DNA of 54,913 nt from Deltaproteobacteria bacterium GWC2_42_11. Lineage in GTDB: Bacteria > Desulfobacterota > GWC2-55-46 > UBA9637 > GWC2-42-11. Shown one piece after another: positions 19,051 to 30,955 of the stretch. Location of the stretch: positions 21,258-76,170 of the forward strand of contig MGPS01000013.1 of the NCBI GenBank assembly GCA_001797495.1, in the 5' to 3' direction. The stretch's first letter is position 1. The number at the start of each line of letters is the position of its first letter. The notes below the pieces were generated by a model. That model was not told the DNA's origin. It saw only the letters and a program-made list of their open reading frames with translations, and searched no databases. Position numbers and translations under genes: made by a program.

Positions 19051-19581
19051 ATGAGGAAATCATCAAACATTACTGTCGGGGGTCGCACCCTTATTCGGGT
19101 TGGTAAAGTTGTTGGTGTCCACGGTATAAAGGGAGAGGTGAAGGTCACGCCATATGTTGATTGTGAAAAGAAAGGATGGCAGATGCTTCACCTCTATAAA
19201 GATGGTAACAACAGAGTATATAAAATAAAAAATGTCAGACCTCATAAAGGGACGCTGCTGATATCACTTCTTGACTGCAATACACGGGATGAGGCACTCG
19301 AACTTGCAGGGTCAGATGTTCTGGTCGACAGGTCGCAATTTTCAAAACTTGCTGAGGGCGAATATTATTATTTTGAACTTGCAGGCATGAAGGTCATAAC
19401 AGAAGATAAGGTTATCCTGGGTGTAATAGAGGATATATTTTCAACAGGAAGCAATGATGTATATGTTGTGAAGGGAAGGTTTGGTGAAGTGCTTATCCCT
19501 GCAACAAATGATGTGGTTATTTCAATAGATATAGAGAAGAGGAAGATGACCATAAGGATGATGGAAGGTCTTATGCCCTAA
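19051..19581 (+). CDS. rimM: 16S rRNA processing protein RimM
   Basis: GKVVGVHGIKGEVKV, a PRC barrel, and a position between rpsP and trmD. Confidence 0.9.
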   Translation: MRKSSNITVGGRTLIRVGKVVGVHGIKGEVKVTPYVDCEKKGWQMLHLYKDGNNRVYKIKNVRPHKGTLLISLLDCNTRDEALELAGSDVLVDRSQFSKLAEGEYYYFELAGMKVITEDKVILGVIEDIFSTGSNDVYVVKGRFGEVLIPATNDVVISIDIEKRKMTIRMMEGLMP

Positions 19582-19582
19582 G

Positions 19583-20320
19583 ATGAGATATGATGTCTTC
19601 AGTATCTTTCCTGATTTTTTTGTTTCCCCGCTTAATCAGACAATACTGAAACGGGCGATTCAAAATAATATTATCAGTGTTAATATCCATGACATAAGGG
19701 ATTATGCCGAAGGGAAACACAGGACTACTGACGACTATCCGTATGGCGGCGGAAGCGGGATGGTTATGAAGGTGCAGCCTATTGTGGATGCTGTTAAAGA
19801 TGTGAAATCAAAAATAGGAGTTACGACGGAGTCCATTAAAATAATCCTTACAACGCCGCAGGGGAGGACATTTAACCAGAAGATTGCGGGAGAACTGGCA
19901 GGTTTTAAAAATATTATGATAATCTGCGGCAGGTACGAGGGTATTGATGAAAGGGTTAAAGACATAATTTGTCCTGACGAGATATCTATAGGGGATTATG
20001 TCTTAAGCGGCGGAGAACTCCCAGCCCTTGTGATAATTGATGCTGTATCAAGATATGTGCCGGGTGTGCTTGGTTCAGAGTCATCTGTTGAAGCGGATAC
20101 ATTTTCAGACGGTCTGCTAAAGTATCCGCAGTATACAAGACCTGAAGAGTTCAGGGGTTTGAAAGTCCCGTCAGTCCTTCTTTCGGGCAAACACGGGGAG
20201 ATAGAGAAGTGGAGGAGGAGCGAATCTATAAGGGTGACTCTGGCGAAGAGGCCAGACCTTCTCGAAAATGCAGAACTTACAGAAGAGGATAAGGAGATAA
20301 TTAAGGGATCGGGGAACTAA
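19583..20320 (+). CDS. trmD: tRNA (guanine37-N1)-methyltransferase
   Basis: FSIFPDFF start, DDYPYGGGSGMVM, and the CGRYEGIDERV SPOUT knot motif. Confidence 0.95.
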   Translation: MRYDVFSIFPDFFVSPLNQTILKRAIQNNIISVNIHDIRDYAEGKHRTTDDYPYGGGSGMVMKVQPIVDAVKDVKSKIGVTTESIKIILTTPQGRTFNQKIAGELAGFKNIMIICGRYEGIDERVKDIICPDEISIGDYVLSGGELPALVIIDAVSRYVPGVLGSESSVEADTFSDGLLKYPQYTRPEEFRGLKVPSVLLSGKHGEIEKWRRSESIRVTLAKRPDLLENAELTEEDKEIIKGSGN

Positions 20321-20344
20321 ATACATGCTTACATGGAGGGATTT

Positions 20345-20686
20345 ATGGAAGTGATAAAGAATATTGAGAGCGAGTATCTCCGCACGGATATACCGGATAT
20401 TAAGATAGGTGATACGGTAAAGGTCAGTGTCAGGATAAAAGAGGGTGAAAAAGAGCGGATCCAGCCGTTTGAGGGGGTTGTGATAAGGAAAAGGGGGGGC
20501 GGGCTTAAGACCACATTCACGGTAAGAAAGGTCTCTTACGGTGTTGGTGTTGAACGTACATTTTTCCTGCATTCACCGGGTATAGAAGGTATTAAGGTTG
20601 TGAGCCACGGTAAGGTGAGGAGGGCAAAACTCTATTACCTCCGCAACCTTAAAGGGAAGGCTGCAAGGATCAAGGAAAAAAGTTGA
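20345..20686 (+). CDS. rplS: 50S ribosomal protein L19
   Basis: [13 protein letters not shown]...[10 protein letters not shown] is a typical L19 core. The ATG at 20345 follows a GGAGGG SD. Confidence 0.92.
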   Translation: MEVIKNIESEYLRTDIPDIKIGDTVKVSVRIKEGEKERIQPFEGVVIRKRGGGLKTTFTVRKVSYGVGVERTFFLHSPGIEGIKVVSHGKVRRAKLYYLRNLKGKAARIKEKS

Positions 20687-21306
20687 TATCGGATTATTAT
20701 GAACAGTATGCCCTTAACAGGGGCTATAGGTTCATTGCAGGGGTAGATGAGGCAGGAAGGGGCCCGCTTGCAGGGCCTGTTGTTGCGGCTGCTGTCATCT
20801 TCCCGTTTGACCTCAATAGCGGCTCTGAATATCTGCTTGGACTAGGCATAAATGACTCAAAGAAACTTTCACCGCGGAAAAGAGAAGCCATTTCTGTTAA
20901 TATCTTCCGGAATGCAATATCCACCGGTCTTGGCATTGTCTGGACCAACGGTATAGAGCAGTTCAATATCCACGTGGCAGCACATAAAGCAATGATAAGT
21001 GCTGTCAGTAAACTGATGCCAGCCCCTGACTTCCTTCTCATTGATGGTCCATTCAAACTATCATGTAATATAGAACAAATCCCGGTTATAAAGGGCGACT
21101 CGCTGAGTGTTAGCGTTGCTGCTGCTTCTATTGTTGCAAAGGTTGCACGAGATAAGATTATGGACGGCTATAACCGCATCTTTTCTGCATACGGGTTTGA
21201 TAAAAACAGGGGGTATGGGACCCCTCTGCACCTTGAGGCAATAAAAAAGCACGGGCATTCGTCTATCCATCGGGTTAGTTTTAAAGGTGTAAGGGAATAT
21301 GTATGA
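20683..21306 (+). CDS. rnhB: ribonuclease HII
   Basis: [15 protein letters not shown] catalytic motif, DSKKLS, and GYGT near the C-terminus. Confidence 0.93.
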   Translation: MISDYYEQYALNRGYRFIAGVDEAGRGPLAGPVVAAAVIFPFDLNSGSEYLLGLGINDSKKLSPRKREAISVNIFRNAISTGLGIVWTNGIEQFNIHVAAHKAMISAVSKLMPAPDFLLIDGPFKLSCNIEQIPVIKGDSLSVSVAAASIVAKVARDKIMDGYNRIFSAYGFDKNRGYGTPLHLEAIKKHGHSSIHRVSFKGVREYV

Positions 21307-21671
21307 CCGACTTGAGGATTAAACTGGGAAAGAGTGGAGAGGACGAGGCTGTTTCGTTTTTAAAGCGAATGGGTTTTAAGATAATTGAAAGGAATTACAG
21401 GTGCTGTTACGGTGAGGTTGATATAGTTGCAATGGAGAACGGCACTTATGTTTTTGTTGAGGTAAAGGCAAGGAGAACACAGGCTTATGGTGTGCCGCAG
21501 ATGGCGGTAAATTTTAAGAAGCAGAAACAATTGTCAAAGGTGGCTTCACACTATATGGTTCAGAAAAGGCTAAAGGACATACCTGCGAGGTTTGATGTCA
21601 TCGCAGTTAATATTACAGACGATGTGATGAAGGCAGAACTCATAAGAAATGCATTTGAGTGCCGTTTATAA
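21303..21671 (+). CDS. yraN: YraN-family (UPF0102) endonuclease-like protein
   Basis: GEVDIVA...FVEVKAR PD-(D/E)XK pattern, and the conserved position after rnhB. Confidence 0.85.
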   Translation: MTDLRIKLGKSGEDEAVSFLKRMGFKIIERNYRCCYGEVDIVAMENGTYVFVEVKARRTQAYGVPQMAVNFKKQKQLSKVASHYMVQKRLKDIPARFDVIAVNITDDVMKAELIRNAFECRL

Positions 21672-21684
21672 TTATTAAAAATTG

Positions 21685-22251
21685 TTACCTTTCCCAAATC
21701 CCTCTGCTTTTAGAGGGGTCTTCAACTACAGGCGAATCAATAACAGGCAAAGGCTCTTCCTTTTCCTTCACAGGTATCTGCTCCCGCAAGATTTTTTCTT
21801 CCTGCTGCACCTCTTTCAGTTTTGTGATGAAGTTTTCCCTGACTTGTGCTGCCCTTTCAATGATGCTGTCAATATCCTTTTTATTCTCCAGCCCCAGTTT
21901 GCCGGAAAGTTTCTTTACTGCCCTTATATATCTTTCCATATAGGTAGTTACAGTGTTCATTACCCTTCTTGACAGACGGCTGTTTTCTGACTCTATCCAT
22001 CTCATATTTTTAAGTCTTAGCACAGTATCTTCCTTTTCTTTTTTTGAGATAGTGAGTACATTATTTATGTGGTTTCTTCCATCCACACCTGTATTTTTAG
22101 ATAAATTTGTAAGGAAGTCATCCTGTTCGCTCCAGTAATCTTCAACTATTTTTACTGCGAGCGTTAGGCTGTCCTGCTGAGCATACAGCGGGATTACAGA
22201 AATATTAAAGGATATGAATATGCCCGCTATCAAAACAAAGATGAAATGCAT
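21685..22251 (-). CDS. hypothetical secreted, charged / coiled-coil-like protein
   Basis: It has an N-terminal signal-like hydrophobic segment followed by a K/E-rich sequence. I recognise no family. Confidence 0.4.
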   Translation of the reverse strand: MHFIFVLIAGIFISFNISVIPLYAQQDSLTLAVKIVEDYWSEQDDFLTNLSKNTGVDGRNHINNVLTISKKEKEDTVLRLKNMRWIESENSRLSRRVMNTVTTYMERYIRAVKKLSGKLGLENKKDIDSIIERAAQVRENFITKLKEVQQEEKILREQIPVKEKEEPLPVIDSPVVEDPSKSRGIWER

Positions 22252-22488
22252 ATAACCCCCTTCTCCTCTGATGCAATTGATAAGCGTAAATACTGTTTTT
22301 ATTCTTGCTGGTCGAGGTAACTGTTCACCCTGTAATCTTTGATTGTTCTCGGTTATACAAAGTATGCCAGAGTAAACTCATATTGTCAAATACGAGGAAC
22401 AATGTTTTTAGCAGTTAATTTTTTTATTGAAGATACTGAAATTGATATGGTATAAGAATAAACTCTGATAATTTATGGAGTATATTGT

Positions 22489-23406
22489 ATGAGAGAGTAT
22501 AAAAACGATTTTGAGAGATACCTGTCTGTTGAGAAAAATGCCTCGATACACACGAAGGAGAGTTACCTTATTGATATATCACAACTGGAGGCATTCCTGG
22601 GGGAAAAGGGTTTGTGTCTTTCTGGTAACAATATAGATGTGCATCGTATAACAGAAGATATATTAAGGACTTTTATTGCAAGCCTTTACAGGAAAAAAAG
22701 GAAGTCATCGATATCAAGAAAGGTCTCTTCCCTTAAGACGTTTTTCAGGTTTCTGGTAAAAAGGGGCATTATCGATGAAAATCCTGCACTGCTGCTTTCG
22801 CACCCTAAAGCAGACAAATTCCTTCCTACTGTCCTGACAAAGGAAGAGATAAATGAACTGATAGATGTTAAGTTTGAAGATGATTTCTCAGGGATAAGGA
22901 ATATGGTAATGCTTGAGATACTTTATTCGTCGGGCATAAGGGTAGGCGAACTCATTGGTCTGGATACAGGTGATATTGATTTGAATTCAGGTGTTATCAG
23001 GGTTCTGGGCAAGGGTAAAAAGGATAGGATAGTGCCTGTGGGAGAAAAGGCGATTAGTGCACTTGTCTCTTATCTTGAAAAAAGAGGTGAACTCATAAGG
23101 AAGGTTTCCAGTGATAAGCAGGATGCAGTGTTCATCAATGAAAGGGGTACCAGGATTACAACAAGGACTGTGCAAAGGTTATTAAAAAATTGTGTTTATA
23201 AAACAGGTATTATAAAGAAGGCAACACCGCATTCTATCAGGCATACATTTGCAACACACATGATGGAGGCAGGCGCTGACCTGAGGGCGATACAGGAGAT
23301 GCTCGGGCATGCAAGTCTTTCTACAACGCAGAGGTATACAAAGGTAAATATGGAGAGGCTTATGCGGGTATATGACGATGCACACCCGAGGGCAAAGAAA
23401 CCGTGA
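22489..23406 (+). CDS. xerC: tyrosine recombinase XerC/XerD
   Basis: SAM-like N domain, HSIRHTFATH...LGHASLSTTQRYT catalytic box, and a position upstream of hslVU. Confidence 0.9.
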   Translation: MREYKNDFERYLSVEKNASIHTKESYLIDISQLEAFLGEKGLCLSGNNIDVHRITEDILRTFIASLYRKKRKSSISRKVSSLKTFFRFLVKRGIIDENPALLLSHPKADKFLPTVLTKEEINELIDVKFEDDFSGIRNMVMLEILYSSGIRVGELIGLDTGDIDLNSGVIRVLGKGKKDRIVPVGEKAISALVSYLEKRGELIRKVSSDKQDAVFINERGTRITTRTVQRLLKNCVYKTGIIKKATPHSIRHTFATHMMEAGADLRAIQEMLGHASLSTTQRYTKVNMERLMRVYDDAHPRAKKP

Positions 23407-23470
23407 TGCGTGAAGAGATTAAAATACGCATAACGCATCACGCACACGTATCACGGTAGTTGAGGTATTT

Positions 23471-23998
23471 ATGTTCCACGGTACAACAATACTGGCGGTA
23501 AGGAAAGACGGCAGAGTCGCTGTTGCAGGCGACGGACAGGTGACGCTTGGCAATACTATTATGAAGAAAGGTGCGGTCAAGGTCAGAAGGATGGGGGACG
23601 ATAAGGTTCTTGCCGGTTTTGCAGGCTCAACCGCTGACGCATTCACACTCTTTGAAAAGTTTGAGTCTAAACTTGAAAAGTATAGGGGGAATATCGCACG
23701 GGCTGCTGTGGAACTTGCAAAGGACTGGAGGACAGACAAGATATTAAGAAGACTTGAGGCGCTTCTGCTGGTGGTTGATAAAGAACATTCATTTATTATT
23801 TCAGGCAGTGGTGATGTTATAGAGCCTGAAGGCGGTGCAGCTGCCATAGGTTCCGGCGGCACGTATGCCCTTTCTGCTGCAAGGGCACTTCTTAAACATT
23901 CGGAACTGGATGCAAAGGCAATAGTACTTGAGGCAATGAATATCGCAGCGGAGATTTGCATATATACAAATGAAAATATAACAGTGGAGGAACTATAA
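23471..23998 (+). CDS. hslV: ATP-dependent protease subunit HslV
   Basis: [14 protein letters not shown] gives the Thr2-type N-terminal nucleophile. A 20S-like fold is inferred from GDGQVT and GSGG. Confidence 0.95.
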   Translation: MFHGTTILAVRKDGRVAVAGDGQVTLGNTIMKKGAVKVRRMGDDKVLAGFAGSTADAFTLFEKFESKLEKYRGNIARAAVELAKDWRTDKILRRLEALLLVVDKEHSFIISGSGDVIEPEGGAAAIGSGGTYALSAARALLKHSELDAKAIVLEAMNIAAEICIYTNENITVEEL

Positions 23999-24134
23999 CG
24001 GCTTCGTAAAAAGTCCATCTGCTTCGTTGTCGCTGCGGCTTCTTCGCTCAACATACTAAAAAGTATGCCTCCCCCCGACAGTTTCAATCGGGGGCTTGCT
24101 TCGCCTTGCATCTGGAACTTTTTACTTTGCCGTT
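23997..24134. mobile_element. palindromic intergenic element with CGTAAAAAGT termini (MITE family 2-like) between hslV and hslU
   Basis: The left end AACGGCTTCGTAAAAAGTCCATCTGC mirrors the right end GCATCTGGAACTTTTTACTTTGCCGTT. There is a central CATACT/AGTATG hairpin. The element overlaps the hslV stop codon. No clear target duplication is visible. Confidence 0.55.
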
Positions 24135-24171
24135 TAATCTTTAACTATATAAGGTGGTTAACTATAAAACT

Positions 24172-26450
<2,279 letters not shown>

Positions 26451-26528
26451 AATGAAGTATCAAGGCTAAAGCCTTGAGTTACAGCAAGAGACCGTAACTC
26501 AAACCTTCAGGTTTGAGACATTTTTCAA

Positions 26529-27722
26529 ATGGACAGCAAACAACTCATAGAACTCTCAAACAAATATATTGCCAATACATACAACCGCTTCCCTATTGTC
26601 CTTGTCAGGGGGAGTTGGTGCAGGGTATGGGATATAGACGGCAAAGAGTATCTTGACTTTGTCGCAGGGCTTGCTGTTTGCAATCTCGGGCACTGTCATC
26701 CTAGAGTTGTGGAGGCGATTCAGGAGCAGGCGGAAAAACTCATCCATGTTTCCAATCTCTATCATATTGAGCCGCAGGCGCGGCTCGCAGAACTCCTCTG
26801 CAAAAATTCATTTGCCAATAAAGTGTTTTTCTGCAATTCAGGCGCAGAGGCGAATGAGGCTGCAATAAAACTTGCGCGAAAATATTTCAAGGATAAAAGC
26901 GAAAACCGTTTTCAGATAATCACAATGGAAAAATCCTTCCACGGAAGGACCATGGCAACCCTTGCGGCAACAGGGCAGAAGAAATTTCAACAGGGTTTTG
27001 AGCCGCTATTGGAGAAATTTATATATGTTCCTTTTAATGATGTCCAAGCAGTGGAATCTGCAATTACACAAGAGACATGCGCTGTTATGGTTGAGCCGAT
27101 TCAGGGGGAAGGCGGCGTAAATATCCCGTCTACTCATTATTTAAAAGACTTGAAGGCGCTTTGCAAAGACAAAGGAATCCTTCTTATATTTGACGAGGTT
27201 CAGGTCGGCATGGGACGCACTGGAAAATTATTTGCTTATGAAAATTATAATGTCTCCCCTGATATAATGACTTTGGCAAAAGGGCTTGCAGGCGGCGTTG
27301 CCATAGGCGCTATGCTTGCAACTGATGAAATAGCAAAGAGTTTTACACCCGGTACACATGCGTCCACATTTGGAGGCAATCCGCTTGCCACAGCAGCAGG
27401 CATCGCTGCATTAAAGGCAGTGTTAGAAGAAGGGATGCTGGAAAATTGTCAGAAGGTCGGGCAATATCTTTTTGAAAAACTAAATGGATTAAAGGCAGAA
27501 TATCCTTTCATCAAAGAGGTGCGGGGAAAGGGCTTGATAATCGGCATGGAGTTGACTATCCCCGGCGCAAGCATTGTGAATGCCTGTATGGGAAATGGGC
27601 TTTTAATCAACTGCACTTCCGACACTATATTGCGGTTTATCCCGCCGCTTGTTGTTACAAAAGATGAAGTGGATGAGATGCTTGAAATTCTGATGCCGAT
27701 TCTGGACGGGGTGCAATCTTGA
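26529..27722 (+). CDS. argD: acetylornithine aminotransferase
   Basis: Class III aminotransferase with SGAEANEAAIKLAR, DEVQVGMGRTG and TLAKGLAGG (PLP Lys), in an arg context. Confidence 0.92.
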   Translation: MDSKQLIELSNKYIANTYNRFPIVLVRGSWCRVWDIDGKEYLDFVAGLAVCNLGHCHPRVVEAIQEQAEKLIHVSNLYHIEPQARLAELLCKNSFANKVFFCNSGAEANEAAIKLARKYFKDKSENRFQIITMEKSFHGRTMATLAATGQKKFQQGFEPLLEKFIYVPFNDVQAVESAITQETCAVMVEPIQGEGGVNIPSTHYLKDLKALCKDKGILLIFDEVQVGMGRTGKLFAYENYNVSPDIMTLAKGLAGGVAIGAMLATDEIAKSFTPGTHASTFGGNPLATAAGIAALKAVLEEGMLENCQKVGQYLFEKLNGLKAEYPFIKEVRGKGLIIGMELTIPGASIVNACMGNGLLINCTSDTILRFIPPLVVTKDEVDEMLEILMPILDGVQS

Positions 27723-28645
27723 AAAAAGATTTACTCAAAATATCAGACTTAACAAGACATGAGATTGATGAAATCTTTGAGAGAAGCCGCATTCTCAAAG
27801 GTAATCATAAAAGGGGCATGCCTTACAAGCCGCTTATCGGTAAGACGCTTGGGCTCATATTTGAAAAGGCATCAACAAGAACCCGTGTCTCGTTTGAGGC
27901 AGCCATGTATCAACTCGGAGGCAATACGATATTCATAAGCAGCAGGGATTCGCAAATGGGCAGAGGCGAGCCGATAAAGGATACTGCGCGGGTTTTGTCA
28001 AGGTATCTGGACGCTGTTGTTATCAGAACATTTGGCCATGATATTGTGGATGAGTTTGCAAGGTATTCGGAGATACCTGTTATAAACGGTCTTACAGATT
28101 TGCATCACCCATGTCAGGTCTTAACAGATATGTTCACTATAATAGAGAAAAAAGGTGATTATAAAGGATTAAAGATTGCATGGATAGGTGACGGCAACAA
28201 TATGGCGAATTCATGGATTGAGGCTGCAAGCATTCTGGGCTTTAATTTGTTTCTTGCATGTCCAAAAGGATATGAACCTGATAAAAAGATACTTGAGCAT
28301 GCGCAAAAAGAGGCAAAATCAGAGATTAAGGTTTTGAAAGACCCAAAAGATGCGGCAGATGGCGCTGATGTTTTGAATACAGATGTTTGGGCAAGCATGG
28401 GGCAGGAAGATGAAAGAGAGAAAAGGCTTAAAGATTTTAAGGGCTATCAGATAAATAAAGATGTTTTAAAACTTGCAAAAAAAGATGCCATTGTCATGCA
28501 CTGCCTGCCCGCGCACAGGGGAGAAGAAATAACAGACGAGGTTATGGAAGGCAGCCAATCGGTTGTATTTGATCAGGCGGAGAACCGGCTGCATGTTCAG
28601 AAGGCAGTGCTGGAGATACTGCTGATAAACCCCATTGAAAAATGA
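27719..28645 (+). CDS. argF: ornithine carbamoyltransferase
   Basis: STRTRVSFE carbamoyl-phosphate motif, HPCQ and HCLPAHRGEE. Confidence 0.95.
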   Translation: MKKDLLKISDLTRHEIDEIFERSRILKGNHKRGMPYKPLIGKTLGLIFEKASTRTRVSFEAAMYQLGGNTIFISSRDSQMGRGEPIKDTARVLSRYLDAVVIRTFGHDIVDEFARYSEIPVINGLTDLHHPCQVLTDMFTIIEKKGDYKGLKIAWIGDGNNMANSWIEAASILGFNLFLACPKGYEPDKKILEHAQKEAKSEIKVLKDPKDAADGADVLNTDVWASMGQEDEREKRLKDFKGYQINKDVLKLAKKDAIVMHCLPAHRGEEITDEVMEGSQSVVFDQAENRLHVQKAVLEILLINPIEK

Positions 28646-28656
28646 ACTATTGACAC

Positions 28657-28735
28657 GGTATTTTGCCCTGCCGGCAAACCCGTTGCCTCTAAAAGCCTCC
28701 AATCCAGACGGTTTGCCTTTGCAGGACAAAATACC
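28657..28735. repeat. 79 bp imperfect palindrome between argF and argG
   Basis: GGTATTTTGCCCTGCCGGCAAACC at the left mirrors GGTTTGCCTTTGCAGGACAAAATACC at the right. Confidence 0.7.
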
Positions 28736-28779
28736 TGCTGTGATATATGGGTGAAACTTTTACAGTGAGAGGAGAAAAT

Positions 28780-29991
28780 ATGAAAAGCAATATCAAAAAA
28801 GTTATTTTAGCCTACTCCGGCGGGCTTGACACATCTGTAATAATAAAATGGCTTGTTGAAAATTATGGATGCGATGTGATTGCATTTGCCGCTGATTTGG
28901 GACAAGGAGAGGAGCTTGCGCCGCTTAAGAAAAAGGCCATAGCCACAGGCGCTAAAAAGATTTATATAAAGGATTTGAAAGAAGAATTTGTCCGGGATTT
29001 TATATTTCCAATGCTTCGGGCAGGCGCTGTTTATGAAGGCAGATATTTGCTTGGGACATCAATAGCCCGCCCCCTCATTGCAAAGGCACAGATGGATATT
29101 GCAAAAAAGGAAAAGGCAGATGCTGTCTGTCACGGCTCTACCGGCAAAGGAAATGATCAGATTCGCTTTGAACTTACCTATTATGCAATAGACCCGCATA
29201 TCAAGGTTATTGCGCCTTGGCGCGAATGGGATATGAAATCAAGAACGGATTTAATTGATTATGCAGAAAAACACGGCATACCTGTTACTGCAACAAAGTC
29301 AAAACCGTATAGTTCAGACAGAAATCTGTTCCACATAAGTTTTGAAGGCGGCATACTTGAAGACCCATGGGCTGAGCCTCCGGAGGATATGTTTGTATTG
29401 AGCGTTTCGCCTGAGAAGTCGCCGAATAAGCCAAGATATGTTGAGATAGATTTTGAAAACGGCAATCCGGTTAAAGTTGACGGCAAGAGATTATCACCTG
29501 CAAAGTTGTTAGCGCTCCTGAATAAAATCGGCGGCGAGAACGGCATTGGAAGGATTGATATGGTTGAGAATAGATATGTCGGCATGAAGTCAAGGGGCGT
29601 GTATGAAACCCCCGGAGGCACAATACTCCATGCGGCAAGAAGGGCTGTTGAATCAATAACAATGGATAGAGAGGTAATGCACATTAGAGACAGCATGATT
29701 TCAAGATATGCTGAACTTGTCTATTACGGCTACTGGTATTCGCCTGAAAGAGAACTCCTTCAAAAGTTGATTGATGAGGCTGCAAAAAATGTAACAGGGG
29801 CAGCGCGTTTAAAATTGTATAAGGGAAACTGCGATGTGGTTGGCAGAAAATCCTCAAAATCATTATACCACCCTGACTTTGCAACATTTGAAGAGGATGT
29901 TGTATATGACCAGAAAGATGCGGAGGGATTTATAAAATTGAATGCCTTGAGGCTGAAGATTAAAGCAATGGTGGAGAAAGGCAGGGACTAG
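28780..29991 (+). CDS. argG: argininosuccinate synthase
   Basis: [12 protein letters not shown]-PPase motif. The ATG at 28780 follows GAGAGGAG. Confidence 0.95.
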   Translation: MKSNIKKVILAYSGGLDTSVIIKWLVENYGCDVIAFAADLGQGEELAPLKKKAIATGAKKIYIKDLKEEFVRDFIFPMLRAGAVYEGRYLLGTSIARPLIAKAQMDIAKKEKADAVCHGSTGKGNDQIRFELTYYAIDPHIKVIAPWREWDMKSRTDLIDYAEKHGIPVTATKSKPYSSDRNLFHISFEGGILEDPWAEPPEDMFVLSVSPEKSPNKPRYVEIDFENGNPVKVDGKRLSPAKLLALLNKIGGENGIGRIDMVENRYVGMKSRGVYETPGGTILHAARRAVESITMDREVMHIRDSMISRYAELVYYGYWYSPERELLQKLIDEAAKNVTGAARLKLYKGNCDVVGRKSSKSLYHPDFATFEEDVVYDQKDAEGFIKLNALRLKIKAMVEKGRD

Positions 29992-30018
29992 GGGCTGGGG
30001 ATTAGGGACTGAAAAACT

Positions 30019-30948
30019 ATGGCTTATAAAATAATAAATGGCGATTGCAAAAAGGAACTTGATTATAAAAAGTTCAAGAAGATTGACTTTTACCCCGTTA
30101 GAAAGGATGGGCTTTCTAACGGGGTTTATAAAGGCATTGACCTAACATTTCTTGACCCCCCATTTAATCAGGGTAAAGACTATGCAGAGCATAATGACAA
30201 CCTTCCTGACGAGGTTTATTGGCGCTGGATGCATGATATATGCTCAAATATATATGGACTTACCTCTCAAGGCGGGGCAATTTATTTTATGCAGAGGGAA
30301 AAAAACGCAGAATATGTATTAGAAGCCTTGAGAAAATCAGGATGGAATTTACAAAACTTGATAATATGGAAAAAGAAGAGTTCAGCAGTCCCGTGCAGTA
30401 ATAAATTCGGCAAGCATTATCAGGTTATTGCCTTTGCAATAAAGGGCAAAAAAACCAGAGTCTTTAACAGACTTCGCATCAATCCTCCTTTGCCTTCCGA
30501 ATATAAGTTTGAACGGGAAAACGGCATGTATGCAACAGATGTCTGGGATGATATAAGGGAACTTACATCAGGCTATTTTGCAGGTGATGAGGCAATAAGA
30601 AAGCCTGATAATGAAAGGTTTCACAAACAGCAAGCCCCATTAGCGCTTTTGTTAAGGATTATTCTTTCCTCAACAAATATAGGAGATACTGTTTTAGATC
30701 CATTTGCGGGCACAGGAACGACACTGGTTGCTGCAGAACAACTCAAAAGAAATTCAATTGGAATAGAGGTTGATAAAAAAAATACAAGGTGTATTGAAGA
30801 TAGGCTGGAAAATATTAGAGAGGCAGATGATATCCAGAAATATTACAAGGACTATAGATATACGGAAAATTTAGAGCAGATATGGGAGATGGATATTAAA
30901 GGCAGTTTGAATGTTAGGAAAAATAAACAAGCCTATTTATTCAGGTAG
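30019..30948 (+). CDS. beta-class N6A/N4C DNA methyltransferase
   Basis: LDPPFNQGKDY catalytic motif precedes the C-terminal DPFAGTGTT SAM motif. This is the PF01555-type domain order. Confidence 0.85.
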   Translation: MAYKIINGDCKKELDYKKFKKIDFYPVRKDGLSNGVYKGIDLTFLDPPFNQGKDYAEHNDNLPDEVYWRWMHDICSNIYGLTSQGGAIYFMQREKNAEYVLEALRKSGWNLQNLIIWKKKSSAVPCSNKFGKHYQVIAFAIKGKKTRVFNRLRINPPLPSEYKFERENGMYATDVWDDIRELTSGYFAGDEAIRKPDNERFHKQQAPLALLLRIILSSTNIGDTVLDPFAGTGTTLVAAEQLKRNSIGIEVDKKNTRCIEDRLENIREADDIQKYYKDYRYTENLEQIWEMDIKGSLNVRKNKQAYLFR

Positions 30949-30955
30949 AGTAGAA

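Noticed and set aside
23419-24111. 230 aa ORF on the minus strand
   Set aside because: It is entirely antisense to hslV and to the palindromic spacer. Its Ser/Ala-rich low-complexity translation is typical of a shadow ORF.
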